DNA of 64,000 nt from the human T2T-CHM13v2.0 reference genome, Homo sapiens. Below the pieces are notes generated by a model. That model worked only from the letters and a program-made list of their open reading frames with translations. It was not told where the DNA came from and searched no databases. The translations under genes were made by a program, and so were the position numbers. Shown in pieces: positions 12,382 through 25,466 of this stretch (the first letter of the stretch is position 1; each line of letters opens with the position of its first letter). The DNA is taken from NCBI RefSeq assembly GCF_009914755.1, contig NC_060928.1; one strand, 5' to 3'.

Positions 12382-13637
12382 ACAACTGTTATTTGGGTGG
12401 ATGTGTTTTATATAGAAATTTTTGCAGCAATAAAAGATTATTTTAAAAAGTTTACGGATGTGCAGATGTTTAATATTTGAAGAACTCGAAGGTGTAGACA
12501 CAAAGGCAGTTCCAGTGTTGAACCATGGATCTGGATAGGATGGGAGAAAGTCAGGGGCATATTGGTAACTAGTTGTAAATATTATATTTATAATCAAAGG
12601 TGTCTCTTTAAAGTGTCTGAGTTTAGATGTAATATAAATAAGGGAAAGATAAAGTTTATAGTTAGTAGAGTTCACATTGAATGATACGTTGGATTTAAGA
12701 TTTTAGAGTTGCAGTAAGTTGAGTTTAAGGGATGAACATGTTTTAGCTAAAGTGGAGTTGAGTTTAGATCCTTGAAAATTCCTTGTCAAAAAATTATTCA
12801 AATCTTTGAAATAAACAAAAAAGACTACTGAATGTTTCTTCATGACATATTGAGTTTAACTTTTTTTTTTGTCTTGGTAATTGTAGGAATCGAGGTTAAC
12901 TTGGAGATTTTAGATAGCTGGAGGTATACATAAATTCTGCCCAGGGAATAGATTGTCTCAAACAATGAAGATTATTGGCCCTTTAGGACATTAATAAATT
13001 TTTTATGTAATCCAGAAATCTTAACTTTTATTGTTAGAAATGCCTATATATGCCCGACTTCCATAATGCTATTTAGAACACATTTAATATCTTACTCTTT
13101 TACTCATTAATTTATCTATAAAATAAAATATTTTGTATGTGGTTGCATTATACTTGGCTAAGAATCATTATTTCACATTCTGAAAAGTATACTTTAGCAA
13201 TTTTTCAGGTTCCATCAGGATGTCCTTGTGGAAGCACCATATAAAGCTAAGTAAACTGTGCTGCCAGTTTATATCTACTAGGCTATTTAAGACCTATCAT
13301 ATCTTTTCTTGGTTGCTAGACTGAAACAAGCAACAATAGAACGTTAACTTTGCTGCTTATGTGGTTAATTATTTCTACTAATTTTGTGATATTTTTATTT
13401 CTGATTTCCATACAGCTGAAATGTTATTCCTCATTGGTGAAAGCAATGAATGGGAATTGATTTTGTGTTATGAATTTTGCAATTTCTGTCAGAGTTCTGT
13501 CCTTGCTTGGTTGAGAAATGACAGATAAGCTGACTTTGTAGAGATTTGTTTTAGTTCGTCATTGTGAGCTTCAATCAATTAAAAATTCTGTACACACTGG
13601 GAAGAGCAGCTCTTTAATATCCAAAGCTATATGGTTT

Positions 13638-13655
13638 GTGTGTGTGTGTGTGTGT
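13638..13655. repeat. (TG)n microsatellite
   Basis: Direct reading. Confidence 0.9.
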
Positions 13656-13963
13656 TACCTTAGCTAAAGTTTACAACTGAAACTGTAGGTTCTCCAACTG
13701 TCTGTATAACCACAATTCAGAGGCGCCTTCACCTTTTATATTACCAGAGTGAAATATTTATGGATACTTTTACTAATAAATTTAAATATAAACTATCTTA
13801 AATTTGAAAAACTTTCTTCTAAGTGGAATATAACATCCCATGAATTTTAAGAACATAAAAAAACAAGCTTCTAATTATTTCAAGAGTGCTAAAAAATCAT
13901 TTTTTCACAGACTTCTAACTGAGAAATATCTTGAAAATCTAAGTTCATGTATTTAAGGTGAAC

Positions 13964-14049
13964 TTTTTTTTTTTTTTTGAGACAGAGTCTCGCTCTGTCG
14001 CCCAGGCTGGAGTGCAGTGGCATGATCTCGGTTCACTGCAAGCTCCGCC
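13964..14049 (-). mobile_element. Severely 5'-truncated AluY with poly(A) tail and TSD
   Basis: T15, then gagacagagtctcgctctgtcgcccagg...ctgcaagctccgcc (AluY-diagnostic gcaagctcc). TSD gtgaactttt at 13958-13967 and 14050-14059. Confidence 0.92.
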
Positions 14050-14360
14050 GTGAACTTTTAAACAAATCAGATTGATTTAATCATTTCGATTCAAGAATGA
14101 GAGAAAAGCTATACACAGTTGAGAAATGAAATACTGATTACTATGAATAGTTTTAAGTTTATATAGTTTGCTTCTTATTTTTCAATGCTATGAGGTGGCC
14201 AAATCTTTTCCTCATGTTATGAATGTGTTCATTGTTGCCATTTTATGTGATAAAGAGTTGTATACTGTGGTAGAAAATTGAATTATGTTATTTCATGAGC
14301 TTTGATCATCTATTAAATATTTATGTATGAAAGACAGTTCTCAATTATTGACCTCCTGTT

Positions 14361-14413
14361 CTATCTATCTATCTATCTATCATCTATCTATCTATCTATC
14401 CATCCATCTATCT
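14361..14413. repeat. (TATC)n/(GATA)n tetranucleotide repeat
   Basis: Direct reading. Confidence 0.92.
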
Positions 14414-16370
14414 AACTAGAGAGGGTTGCCCACTCCAGCCTGGGCAACAATGCAACCCTCTCTCTCTATCAATCCATTAATATGGACATCCTTCCATAAA
14501 ATTAAACAGTTTTTAAAGATACAACCTTCTGATTGAGCCATTGGAATTCAGGAAAAAATATTTTAACTCAGTTACTTGTTATGTTACTATCATTATTTGT
14601 AGGTTAAAAAAAATCTGTTCTTGTTCAAAAATATATTTGGAAAAATCAATTATGCATTCTACAATAAAATATTTGAGAAGATTCTTATTTAATTAGGCAT
14701 GAGTGATAAGAAAAATAATTGCACTTTTATAAAGAGATATTATCTAAAAATTTTTCCTAATAAACTAGCTTATAGGATCAATTTCAGAAATTACAATGAA
14801 TCTCACTCACTGGGAGGCTTAAGATCATAGCAAAATTTGGAAAAACTCAAGAAGAAAGGAATTAACCAAATTTTACAGTTATGAGTGACGCAATATCATA
14901 GAGTGTATCTTGGGCTTGGTTTCTAAGACTTGGGAAAGAAGAGGAAATAATAAGTGCTTTTAGAATGCCACATGTGATTTTTTTAATGAAAAATTTCAGA
15001 CAGAATTATATGGCGTAGGAGTTGCTTGATACTCTAAGACTTAAATTTGCAAAGTGAATTCAAAAAACCCATATGCATTAGCAACCATAATATACCGATG
15101 CAAATCATTAAGCCAAACGCAACACTAGCCTTTCTGGGCTCAAGAGTAATTGATGGAAATTACTTACATGATAAAGCGGAAACGGTCAGAAACACTAAAC
15201 AAAACATGAAAAAAAGTAAAAGAGATTATTGATTTTTTTTCAGTGCAGTAGTGTATTTGATTTATTATTTGAGAAACAACGTTGTGGAAACAAAGGTGAA
15301 TGTATAGATGTTCATTTGGTGGAGGTTCAAATAATTTTTGTTCAATAAAATAGATAATGGTAAGTTCAGATTTTAAAACCACATCTATGACTGTAGAACC
15401 TAATCTTATAACTGATAATATTATGTACAGAAACAGTACTGGAAATGATGTTATTTCTGAAGTTTTCTCTTTTAAAGTGCCAGTTCAGTAGAATTTTAAG
15501 AGTATTGTTTATATAAATTTATTTCAGTTAAATATGATACTCACTTTATGAATGCTACTTTTAAAAAGTCATTAATATGTAGATTAGATTTAGAAAATAG
15601 TATTACACATGACTATATGTTACATGTTATATATGTACATGTTGTATGTAATATTAAATATACATAAAAAATTCAATTATCTTCTTAGTTTGCGGATCAG
15701 CTAAAACATCTAAACTATCTTAAAGTGAGGTAACTTCAGAGCTATACATAAATACAAACACTTAATTTCTTTATTACAGGCCACTGTTCCCTAAATTAGT
15801 TAATTAATATTTAAAATGTAACATTAATTATATTTTAAAAAGCATGTTTTCATAAAGTTGCAACTATTCAAATTTAGAAAGGCAAGTTGTAATTTAGGTT
15901 TATAATAGCATGAATATTATCTTCTGGTTGACTTCCTTTAGCAACCTCAATAGCTAAAGTGTGGATAAAGTCTGTATGCTTTTAGAAGGGTCATTTTTCT
16001 TTCTCTGGGATTATAAATAATGTATTGGTAATGCATAATGTGTTCCAAAGAGCTAGTACTGCTATGCTTAATACTTTCTGTCAGTTATAATGATGTGAAA
16101 GGTACATTGGATAATAAACTGCTGTGCAAAGTGAATGTGAATGATTCTGTAACAAATGTATAATTACTTAATTTTTAATATGATTATGTGTATCACAAAA
16201 AGTCAAAAATAAGACATTTGGCTTGATACTTTTTTGACACCCCTATGTATACAAATGGACGTTATAAGGTCAGTTTAGATAACACCAAGGAAAATTTGCT
16301 ATCTTTTGAAAGTCAAGATTCTAAAAGATTTTTAGGCTATGTGTCATGCTCAATCACTTCCTTAGGCCGG

Positions 16371-16740
16371 TGTCATGGACAATAAAGTAATTTACCTGGA
16401 CAGTTGTAGGGAAAGAAAGGCAGATTTATTAGTAAAAAGGGGGAGATATGTTGCAAGGTAGCAATGGGCAATACAGCAAAGGCAGAAGGCTGTTTGCAGA
16501 GAGGCAGGGGCTGGAGGGGAATTTTATAAGGTCGTGCCGCTTGGACTGAATGCTTGCAGACAGGATGAGTGAGAGCAGGAGGGCTGTAAGATGTGTGCTT
16601 GTCACAGGATGCCTGGGTACTAATGAGCCATTTGCAGTTGACCCTATTTCCTTGAAACGTTCACTCCTCTCCACCCTTGTTTTTTGTTCCTGCCACCTAA
16701 GCCCATTTTTCAATTTTCTTTTACCTTCTTAGGGTCCACA
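16371..16740 (-). mobile_element. Solo LTR, ERV-type (LTR42-like, tentative)
   Basis: GC-richer block with TG...CA ends. Minus-strand TATAAAA (ttttataa ~16522) and AATAAA (tttatt ~16425) lie in LTR order. Confidence 0.6.
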
Positions 16741-17259
16741 CATGATACTTGTGCTAGAATCATTGTGTTTGATTGCATGTATTCTTAAATGTTAAACCAT
16801 TTGAATTATCTGATGGTCAGTAGTTCTAAAATCTTTCTCAGTAAAGAAATCCTGGTAGCATCTAATACTAAGCTGGAACTAATAAATTAATTTAAAAATA
16901 TTAGATATAGTTACTAACATTCTAGAATCAGATTCAGACAAAAGATTAAATGCAAACACATTTTAAGATTGTTTGCATGAAACATGCTAATGCTTGCATA
17001 TTTTAATGTCTAAATATTTTGAATTTAATTTTACACATTAGATTGAAGAATATTCACAACAATGTGCATATCACAGTTTTAAGCAAGACTTGTTCCGATA
17101 TACAAGCACAATTTTCTTATGTGCAATTTCCTGACTCATGATTTCTTATTGTTCTATTTTCTTACAAATAATTTTGAATGTAAGAGGATCCATTAGGGAT
17201 TTTAATGATTTTATTTTACATTTAATAAAAAGATTGGTAAGAATAACAATAACATTAAC

Positions 17260-17436
17260 AATAATAATAGTTATGATCAAATAGCCATTGATATTTTTAA
17301 TGTGGCAGGTAACTATACAAATTGTTTCACTTGAAGAGTTTATTATTTAATCACAGTTCCAGGCATATACTACAGTAAATGCTCCCATTTTTATAAATGA
17401 AAAACAGAGGCATACAAAAATAATGTAATTTGACAG
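17260..17436 (-). mobile_element. MIR SINE
   Basis: aataatag...cccatttttataaatgaaaaacagaggca matches the antisense MIR core. Confidence 0.65.
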
Positions 17437-17630
17437 TGTTGCCAGAAAAGGGTTAATTCAGCAGGTCTTAGTTGCTCAGTCTTCCTGCACATTCCAAGGG
17501 AAATTATGTCTTAGCTGGATCCTATGAGATAATAATCAAGCTTCTGGGATATTCCACATAATCAAAACGTTTTTGTGCATCTCAGACCTTAAAACTTGGA
17601 CCAATCTGAGCAAATAAGTTTATTCTAATT
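17437..17630 (+). mobile_element. MER77/MER21-group LTR 5' fragment
   Basis: agaaaagggttaattcagcaggtct...ctgcacattccaa resembles the MER77 5' end. Confidence 0.6.
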
Positions 17631-17779
17631 GTGAGAACTTCAAATTTCTTTAAGATTGATATATAAGGCAAAAAGGAAATAGCTTAATACATTGCTTATT
17701 TACTCAATTTCTTAACTAATATTTTTGATTATGCAGTTTTGTTATTGATTTGTTTATACAAATATATCCACTTTGCCTT

Positions 17780-17819
17780 TTTATTAATCAGGGTTCTCCA
17801 GAGAAACAGAAACAATAAG

Positions 17820-17880
<61 letters not shown>

Positions 17881-18140
17881 ATTGTGTAAATACACATATA
17901 TATAAATATACATAAACATATGTATGTATACATATATACATGTATAAACAAATACATAAATATATGTTATTTATATATGCATATATGTGTATAAACAATA
18001 AGATATATATTTTATTGTGGACATACACATATATATAAACAAATATATATATACACACAGAGATATGAGGGAAGACTTATTATAGGAATTGGCTCATGCT
18101 ATTATGGAAGCCAAGAAGTCCCAGGATAGGACATCTGCTA
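17780..18140 (-). mobile_element. MLT2B-like LTR fragment containing a ~240-bp (TA)/(TACA) expansion
   Basis: tcagggttctccagagaaacagaa...[TA-rich 17820-18060]...ttattataggaattggctcatg..tatggaagccaagaagtccc. Confidence 0.85.
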
Positions 18141-19299
18141 ACTATGGTTTTCCTATTTTTCTTCTGAAAATTATCTGCACCAATGCTTTTGTTATAACCA
18201 TGATTTGTGAGAAGTCATCAAAAACAGCTTAGTAAGCAAGTTTACTTTTGAAATTGCTCCAGGTTTTCCAAGTTTCTAAGGAAAATTAAAAGTCATAGAA
18301 AAAAGCCTTTATTTCTCTACTTTGAAGTTCTACTCATGCGTTTACAAAACTTGGACACATTAATATAGAGAGTACTCAATCTCTCAATAAGTGAGAATAG
18401 TTTGGCAAATACTTGCTGCAAATCCACATTTTTTTTTTCTAAGAGTCTGCAATGCATTCTGAGCAATAGGTAACTTGGTAACTCATCTGGGCTACTCACT
18501 CTTCTTATATTTCTAATTTTCAGATATTCTCTGAAACATCCTGTGCAGAGGTTCACTTTTTTCTTTTGAGTATATGCCTGCCTAAGAAGGTAACAGTTAT
18601 TTTTCTCAAAACATATAGGAAGGATTCTGTTTGTTTTTCATTTAAGCTGGTAAATATCTATAAATTATAGATATTGAATTTCTTATATTTAGTCTATAAG
18701 AAAGGATTCATACCTTGAGCAACTCAGTCAAATCTAGAAAAGATGAGACCAATACCAAAGGCAGAAATGAGTGCCAGTGGTCACATACAAAGTTCAGGGA
18801 AAAATATTGTCCAGCAGTGTGTGGTAATATTATTAATTTTCCAGGAATCCTGAAAAGATAACATTTCGTTTGAACTCACATTGACTCTGGGAGATGAAAC
18901 TGAGATACTGTACTAATGAGGCATACTGAAATAAACAAGAAACAACTGTACTACCTCCAATGACAAAATATGGAGACAAAGGGGAGGAAAAGAGGGTAAA
19001 AATTAAATCAGGAAAGGGGATTGAAGAGAACTCTATTTTCTATATTCTCAGTAAGCAAATTTTTCTCCATTCATACCTGGAGGTTCATCTAAGCTCTTGT
19101 GACCACTATGAACTATTTGAAAGCCTCAGAAAAAAAGAGTAGGTGTGAAATTTAAGAGGATGGAACAACAATTTTCTGCAAATATAAAAATAAAGAATTG
19201 AAGACTATCACTGTCCCATTTGACAGGTCCATGAATAATTATGTCCTATTGACTTTAATTATCTCACGACGAGAAGTAGCTCACTATTCTGCAACACAG

Positions 19300-19490
19300 T
19301 AACAGCTACTGCTTTTTAAAAATATTTAGTATTTTTCACACACAATGCTAAGGGCTTCACATGAATTATTTCTTTTGTTTCTTAAAATGAATCTATAAGA
19401 AAGGGGTTAATATTGTCTTTATTTCATAAATAAGCACAGTAAATCATATACAATACACACAAATTATCCTAGGTTATACAGCTAGTCAGA
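19300..19490 (-). mobile_element. MIR SINE
   Basis: aatgctaagggcttcacatgaattatttc...cctaggttatacagctagt, antisense MIR. Confidence 0.55.
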
Positions 19491-21879
19491 ATTTGTAGAC
19501 ACTTTTTCTCAAGATTGCTTTTTTTGAATGAAAACATGTCCCCATCCATACGTGTAATTTCTGCCTATATGGTTTTATTTTGGATGTTACTTAAGAAATA
19601 CTTTTTTTTATAAAGAATGTTACCATATAAATGAATGAATGAATGAATGAATAGTATAAATATTATCTAAAGTCTATTAAAAATGTTGTTTAATTTTGTT
19701 GAAGACAGGCACAATCAAAAGAAAAAACAAAACAAAACAAGAAACTGAACCCTTAAGCATTCAAAATTCAAGCCTATTTTAGAGTTTTTGACTGGATTTG
19801 CTTCCGTTTTTTAAAAGTAATTATTCTGTCTTGATGAGACTGGACTTTCGTAAACTGAGCAACATGTGATAAAACAATATTATGGTAAGTCAACTTATTT
19901 TTCTATCATGTTTTATGTTTTTTATATGTTTTTGTTAAATAAACATTGCAAATGTCCAAACAATATATCCATCTTTCATATAACTGTAATATGAAAATAA
20001 TAAAATTATTTGATATGATGGTAGGAACAATGAGTATACCTACATTTATTTATCTTGTTAGATGACCAGGTGTCACACACTGGCTGGTGACTAACATTTA
20101 TTGCCATAGTAAGAACAATCCTGGGTCTTCTATACCAATACAGGAATCAGACAGTCTCTTTTTCTCTCTCTATATATATATCTCTCTGTTTCTCTCTCGG
20201 TCTCTTTCTCATCTTGAACATCACATATCTGTTGATACATTTTTAGGCATATTTTCTCAATATAAATTTTTGTACTTTCCTCAAATCAGAATATGTACTT
20301 CATTATGTTACACCCTTGCGTCTGATTACTTTATGTGCTAGTTTGGATAACATGTTCTTCACAGGTAATAGGATCAGTCAGGACAACTTACATTTCTGCT
20401 CTGCTTTAAGTACCCTTGTCTTTTCTAGTTTGGTTAACTGCCCAACAGCTTGCAACTACTAAACAAGCTCTAATTAACGTGAATGTTATTGTCAGAAACA
20501 GACCTTTGGGAATCTAGACTTAAATTGCTACATGAAGGTATAATTTAGTGCACTTGATGAGTAACAAGCTCTATTAGGGAACTGAAAGCCTTAGCAAAAC
20601 TGGCTAAGATCTTAAAATACATTAATAGGGTTACTTTTGAATTGGATTTTTACAAATCAAACGGAGTAATACATTAATGGCTGGATAATCAGGAGGACAC
20701 ATAATAAAGATAATCTTAGTTTGTGATAAAAATTTAATCTTCAGCATGAATTTTCTCCTTATATTTGATCAAAGTATACTTTGATATAATTGGCAAAAGA
20801 GTTAATGGCAATTTTACCTTACAGTTTTTTTTTTTTTTACCTTGCCACTTTCTGTTCCTCTATTTTTCATTATTATTACTACTTGTTTTATAATTCCAAA
20901 ACCTTGCTTTTACTCTAAAATTTAATCAATCGATTTTTCTCCACACTAATCCCTGGGAAATAAATAAGTATACTTAAATAAGAATGCTGTTACCTGTATT
21001 ATAGCATTAGAATTGGAAAGCAGCCCTGGACTTTTTTGTTGAGATGAAAAAAAGCTATTCTCACTCACATGCCCAAATTAAGACAGAAGAATGGATCTCT
21101 ATTATTTATATAGATTTATATGATTTTCCCATATTTATATTATAAATATGGGAAAATCATATTTAAATTGGACATGCATAGAAATTCAATGTAATCTAAT
21201 CAATCAGCCGCACCTGGAAATAGAGACAAAGAGAGGTGTCCCTGAGCAATGTGAATATACTACATTAATAGGTAAGAGAAGATATAAAAACCACACCATT
21301 ATATCCAGAAGACAATCGTTCCACAATAATTAATAAAAATAATGGAAAAGTATGATCTCAGAATCATCAGTATACTTGTTAGCTCCCCAGACCCTCTAAT
21401 ATTTCATTTTCCCCAAACACTGAACACAAAATAGAAAATCAGATTAAATATGATCAGCTTGCTTTGATATGCAGCTGACTTGTGCTCATGAGCACTTTAT
21501 CTACCTCATGCTTTGTCTTTTTCTTTTAAAACCCAAATAAAATAATTATGCTAATTCTCTCCTTCTCACATTATGTGTGATTTTGTGAATCATGGGATCA
21601 CATAATATTACATTATTTTTCTATAAATTATTATATTAGACTTATATCTTGAATGCTCAAAACAAATGCATCTACTAGAGGTGGTTAGCTTTCTAGTTCA
21701 AGACACTATTGCAAAGGTTGTATCAGTATTATATTTCAGAATAGCTAATTAGAGCAATGAACAGTATTTCTCAGTACTTCCATATATTTTTTACTGTGTT
21801 GATACATTATAATGTGTCTGAAAGGGAACACTATATAGAAAAAATGGCTTTCCATTTATAAAATTGGAAGGAAATGTAA

Positions 21880-22760
21880 CAACAACAATAAAATGTTATT
21901 CTATGTAAGGAAGAATGAAATAGAATATAAGGGACATGACATGAATAGAAGCAGAAGCTCTGAGAGGCAACTCTTGTAAGTTTTCCTACAGAACTTATTA
22001 ATAGGTTAACATAATTCCAAAAGTTAAATTAGATTAAACAAGTAATCTTTAATTTAAAAAATATATACAAAACTAACTCTCTTTGAATTAGCAGCAACAC
22101 ATGGAAAGGGATAATTTCAAGTAATTTAAAGTCGCATTAATTTGACTACTATCCTAATGAAATGTATTTAAAGACAGAAAAGACTTTCTCTTTCTCCCCC
22201 CTCATTCTCTTTCTCACTCTTTCTCTCGCCATATATGTATGTATATAATATACTTATATTTTAAATATATAAATTATGTACTTATATATTATATATATTT
22301 TAAATATTATATATTTATATATTTTAATCTATTTACTATGTTAGAATATTCTAATATATAATATACATGTCAAAATACTTTCATTACATAATTCTACTTT
22401 TAATCATATTATTGATATTGGTATTCAAAAATTAGATCTAAATTAAAGTATAAAAATAATGTTATTGGAATTTAACATTAGAACAAAGAAGAAAAAATTT
22501 AAAAATAAAATACGTATGTATAAATTCTATATTTTAAATTTTAATTTGGAAATATCAGTTGTTACTCATGCTATTTTTTCTCTAAAATTCTATCTGTATG
22601 CTTAAAAGACATAGAAACAATGACCCAGTAACAAAGAACATCACTGATAACTAGCTTGTGGTCTCTAAATTTATTAAATGTAGGGTAGGAGCAAGAAAAT
22701 ACAAGAAAGAACTGGAACATCTTGTCACTAAGAAAGCAAATACAATTTCTAAGACTTCTG
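21880..22760 (+). mobile_element. Old L1 3' region fragments (L1MC3/4-like) with an AT-rich low-complexity insert
   Basis: ataatttcaagtaattt and aaagacatagaaacaatgacccagta...gtggtctctaaat...aactggaacatcttgtc resemble the L1MC 3' UTR. Confidence 0.5.
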
Positions 22761-24018
22761 GGAGCAGAGGAATTGGGTGGAAGTGCAAGAAAAAGAAATG
22801 AGTATGGGTTTAACTATTCTGTTCTCTCCAAGTTTTACATAAGTTAAAAAAAAACTTCATAGATAATGCATCCCAATTAGTGAAGCTTGTAGCCAATAAA
22901 ACATAAAAATAATAATTATTTATACAAGCTATTCAACGAACAGATCTCTACCTTTAGGAAGTAGGTTATCTTCAGGAAGAAGGCTTTTATTGTTTAGCTT
23001 GCATTTTCTGCTGCTTGTGGGTGTATATATTGTAAATGTTTTCATTATTTATGTCGGAGAAATCAATATTTTTCTGAATTTATGACAAGAGCATATATTT
23101 CCATATTGTGTGAGAGCATTACCATTGACAGCATAAGAATTTATAACATGATGATAAAATCCCATCAACTACATGCATTTTAAAATCAAATTTACCTTCT
23201 AATTCTTCAAAAATGGAAATATAATTAAATATTGTTCTTCTGAAACATAGTATAATTCACAAATATGATCATCAGTCACTTTACTGTGGACATACTGAAA
23301 GTATTAATTTTACTATAATTTATAAAATAATAGAGATTATTAACAATAAATATATATTAACCTATTCTTTGTATCACGGTATCTCCAATCTGACTACAAA
23401 ATTTCTCTGATTCAGAAATGATTTTGATATTTTAAATTTTATTAAAATTACCAAAACAGTAATATCAATTTTTTGTTTTAAAATATAGATATAAAAATAG
23501 AATCTATTATACTTGTTTATTTCTGTTAGAATAACAAATATTTGCATTTGCTTTTGAATAGAATAGATTAAATTTCTTCTACTTTTTAAGGAATGAAATG
23601 TTTGAATTAGACCTTTGCATATTTTAAGCATTAAATTGTTACTAAGTGTTGTTTTCATTATCAGCTAAGATATGTTAAAAAGCAAAATTAGTTCTTTTAA
23701 TATAAATATTTAAGAATTTGGGATCCCATAAGCATAATTGAATTAGTTGAGATTTTTTCTGATTAAATTAATAAATCACCCTCAGAACCAACCATTAAAT
23801 ACATGACTTTTTTGAGTTTCCAGAGGTCCATAATGCTTATTTTCCTTGTTATAAACATTCCATGAGATAATTTTTATTTTAAATATTTCAAAACATAATC
23901 TTGCCACATAAATTAATATTTATACATTTAATTTCAATTTCCTAAAGTATTTTTTTAACTTCACAGGATTTATTTATGACAATGATCACACATAATTCTT
24001 GCCATAGAATGTCTCAGA

Positions 24019-24353
24019 TGTGACAGAGCCTAACTCACCATTTTTGGACACACATGAAATTCTCAGTTCTTGCAGATGGGTTGGGGTCATGTGACTAAGT
24101 CTATGAACATCTTAAAATAGCTTGTAGGATCCTACACAGACTGCCTGTTTGGCCATCTCAGAGCTTAGAGCATCCAGTAGAGGACACTGTCATAGCTGGA
24201 AAAATCCCAGATGCCAACATCAGCACATAGAGGAAGTCTGATAGACATCAGATTGTGATATGAGCAAAAAATAAACTTTCATTTTTTGAAGCAGCTGAGA
24301 TGTCATACTATTGATTATAACAACTGACAGTAAATATTCTAATATGATATACA
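24019..24353 (+). mobile_element. Old MaLR LTR (MLT1I/J/K-like)
   Basis: ggggtcatgtgactaag...gagcaaaaaataaacttt...gcagctgagat...atataca. Confidence 0.6.
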
Positions 24354-24622
24354 ATTTTGTTAAAATAAGTGATTTAATTTCCTGATGTCAGTAATTGTCC
24401 TGTCTTTTAAAAGAATATATTTAGAAAATAATATGAAAGGCCACAGAAAAACAATGAATTTGAAGAAAATATTGTGCAACTAGAAATTATAGATGTTTAC
24501 AATAATGTTTATAACAATGTTATCTTTGATAACATTGCATCACACAATGGCTTCAAAAAGATGAAGGATTATGTACATATATAGAGACAGCATAGAAAGA
24601 CAGAGAGGTAGGGGTGAATGCA

Positions 24623-24652
24623 TGTGTGTGTGTGTGTGTGTGTGTCTGTGTC
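24623..24652. repeat. (TG)n microsatellite
   Basis: Direct reading. Confidence 0.9.
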
Positions 24653-25042
24653 TGTATACACACATATGAAATGAACTGCTTTTGTGGATGGGTAGATGGG
24701 GAATCTAAATGTGAGATGCAGTTTATTGTATGACAGCAAGTACCTAGATTATATTATTTACCACAATATTTTATATAGTGACCCCCATAGTAGGTGCTTT
24801 AAAATATGTGAATAAATAAGCAAATAAAAGGAATTATGATAATCTGTCACAATACTGGTGTTTGCCTGCTATATTGAACAACAAACATTTAACCAAGTTT
24901 ACTCCAGAGAAGATAAATCTTTGCAGTGTTGCTATAATTCTGCAAACCCATTTGCCTCCTAGAGCATAATGTGCTGTTCAAATAGATAGGAAACCAGTCA
25001 ATGGAGCAGTCAAATCTATGCAGATGATTGTCTAAAGCATAC

Positions 25043-25466
25043 TATTAAAGAAAACTAGAGCCTGACAGTAGTTAAAGTGTTAAGAACCAATTTTATTCAG
25101 GAAATATTGCAATGTAGGAAAAACAACCTCAGTATAGAACTGGGCTCAATTTTGAGTACAATGAAACAAGTGGGGATTTATAGCCTTGGAGATGATTGGG
25201 GCATGGGGGTCAGTAGGGGGAAAACAACTGAAAGTAGACACCAAGTAGGGGGATTCTTGTTAAACTGACAACAGAATTCTAGCTGAAGTCAAGTTGGAGT
25301 GATCAGATTATCAGGGGTGGGATTCTCTTTAAAATGATTTACTTAGATTCTTGCTGAAAACAGGCACTGCAGGCCCAGTAATGACTGGAGGAAAGGGTGA
25401 GGCCTAGTGGAGAAGAAAATGCAGAGAAGCCTGTCTGAAGTTTAGTCAAGAAGAGAGTCTTTGTCA
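25043..25466 (-). mobile_element. MER31 solo LTR (ERV1)
   Basis: Ends aagtttagtcaagaagagagtctttgtca (reverse complement of the MER31 5' end). TSD atac/atat. Confidence 0.85.

Noticed and set aside
12001-12480. Longest ORF in the window (159 aa)
   Set aside because: TTG start, lies within a solo LTR, no recognisable domain.
17729-18058. 109-aa Tyr/Ile-rich ORF
   Set aside because: Translation of the (TA)n expansion.
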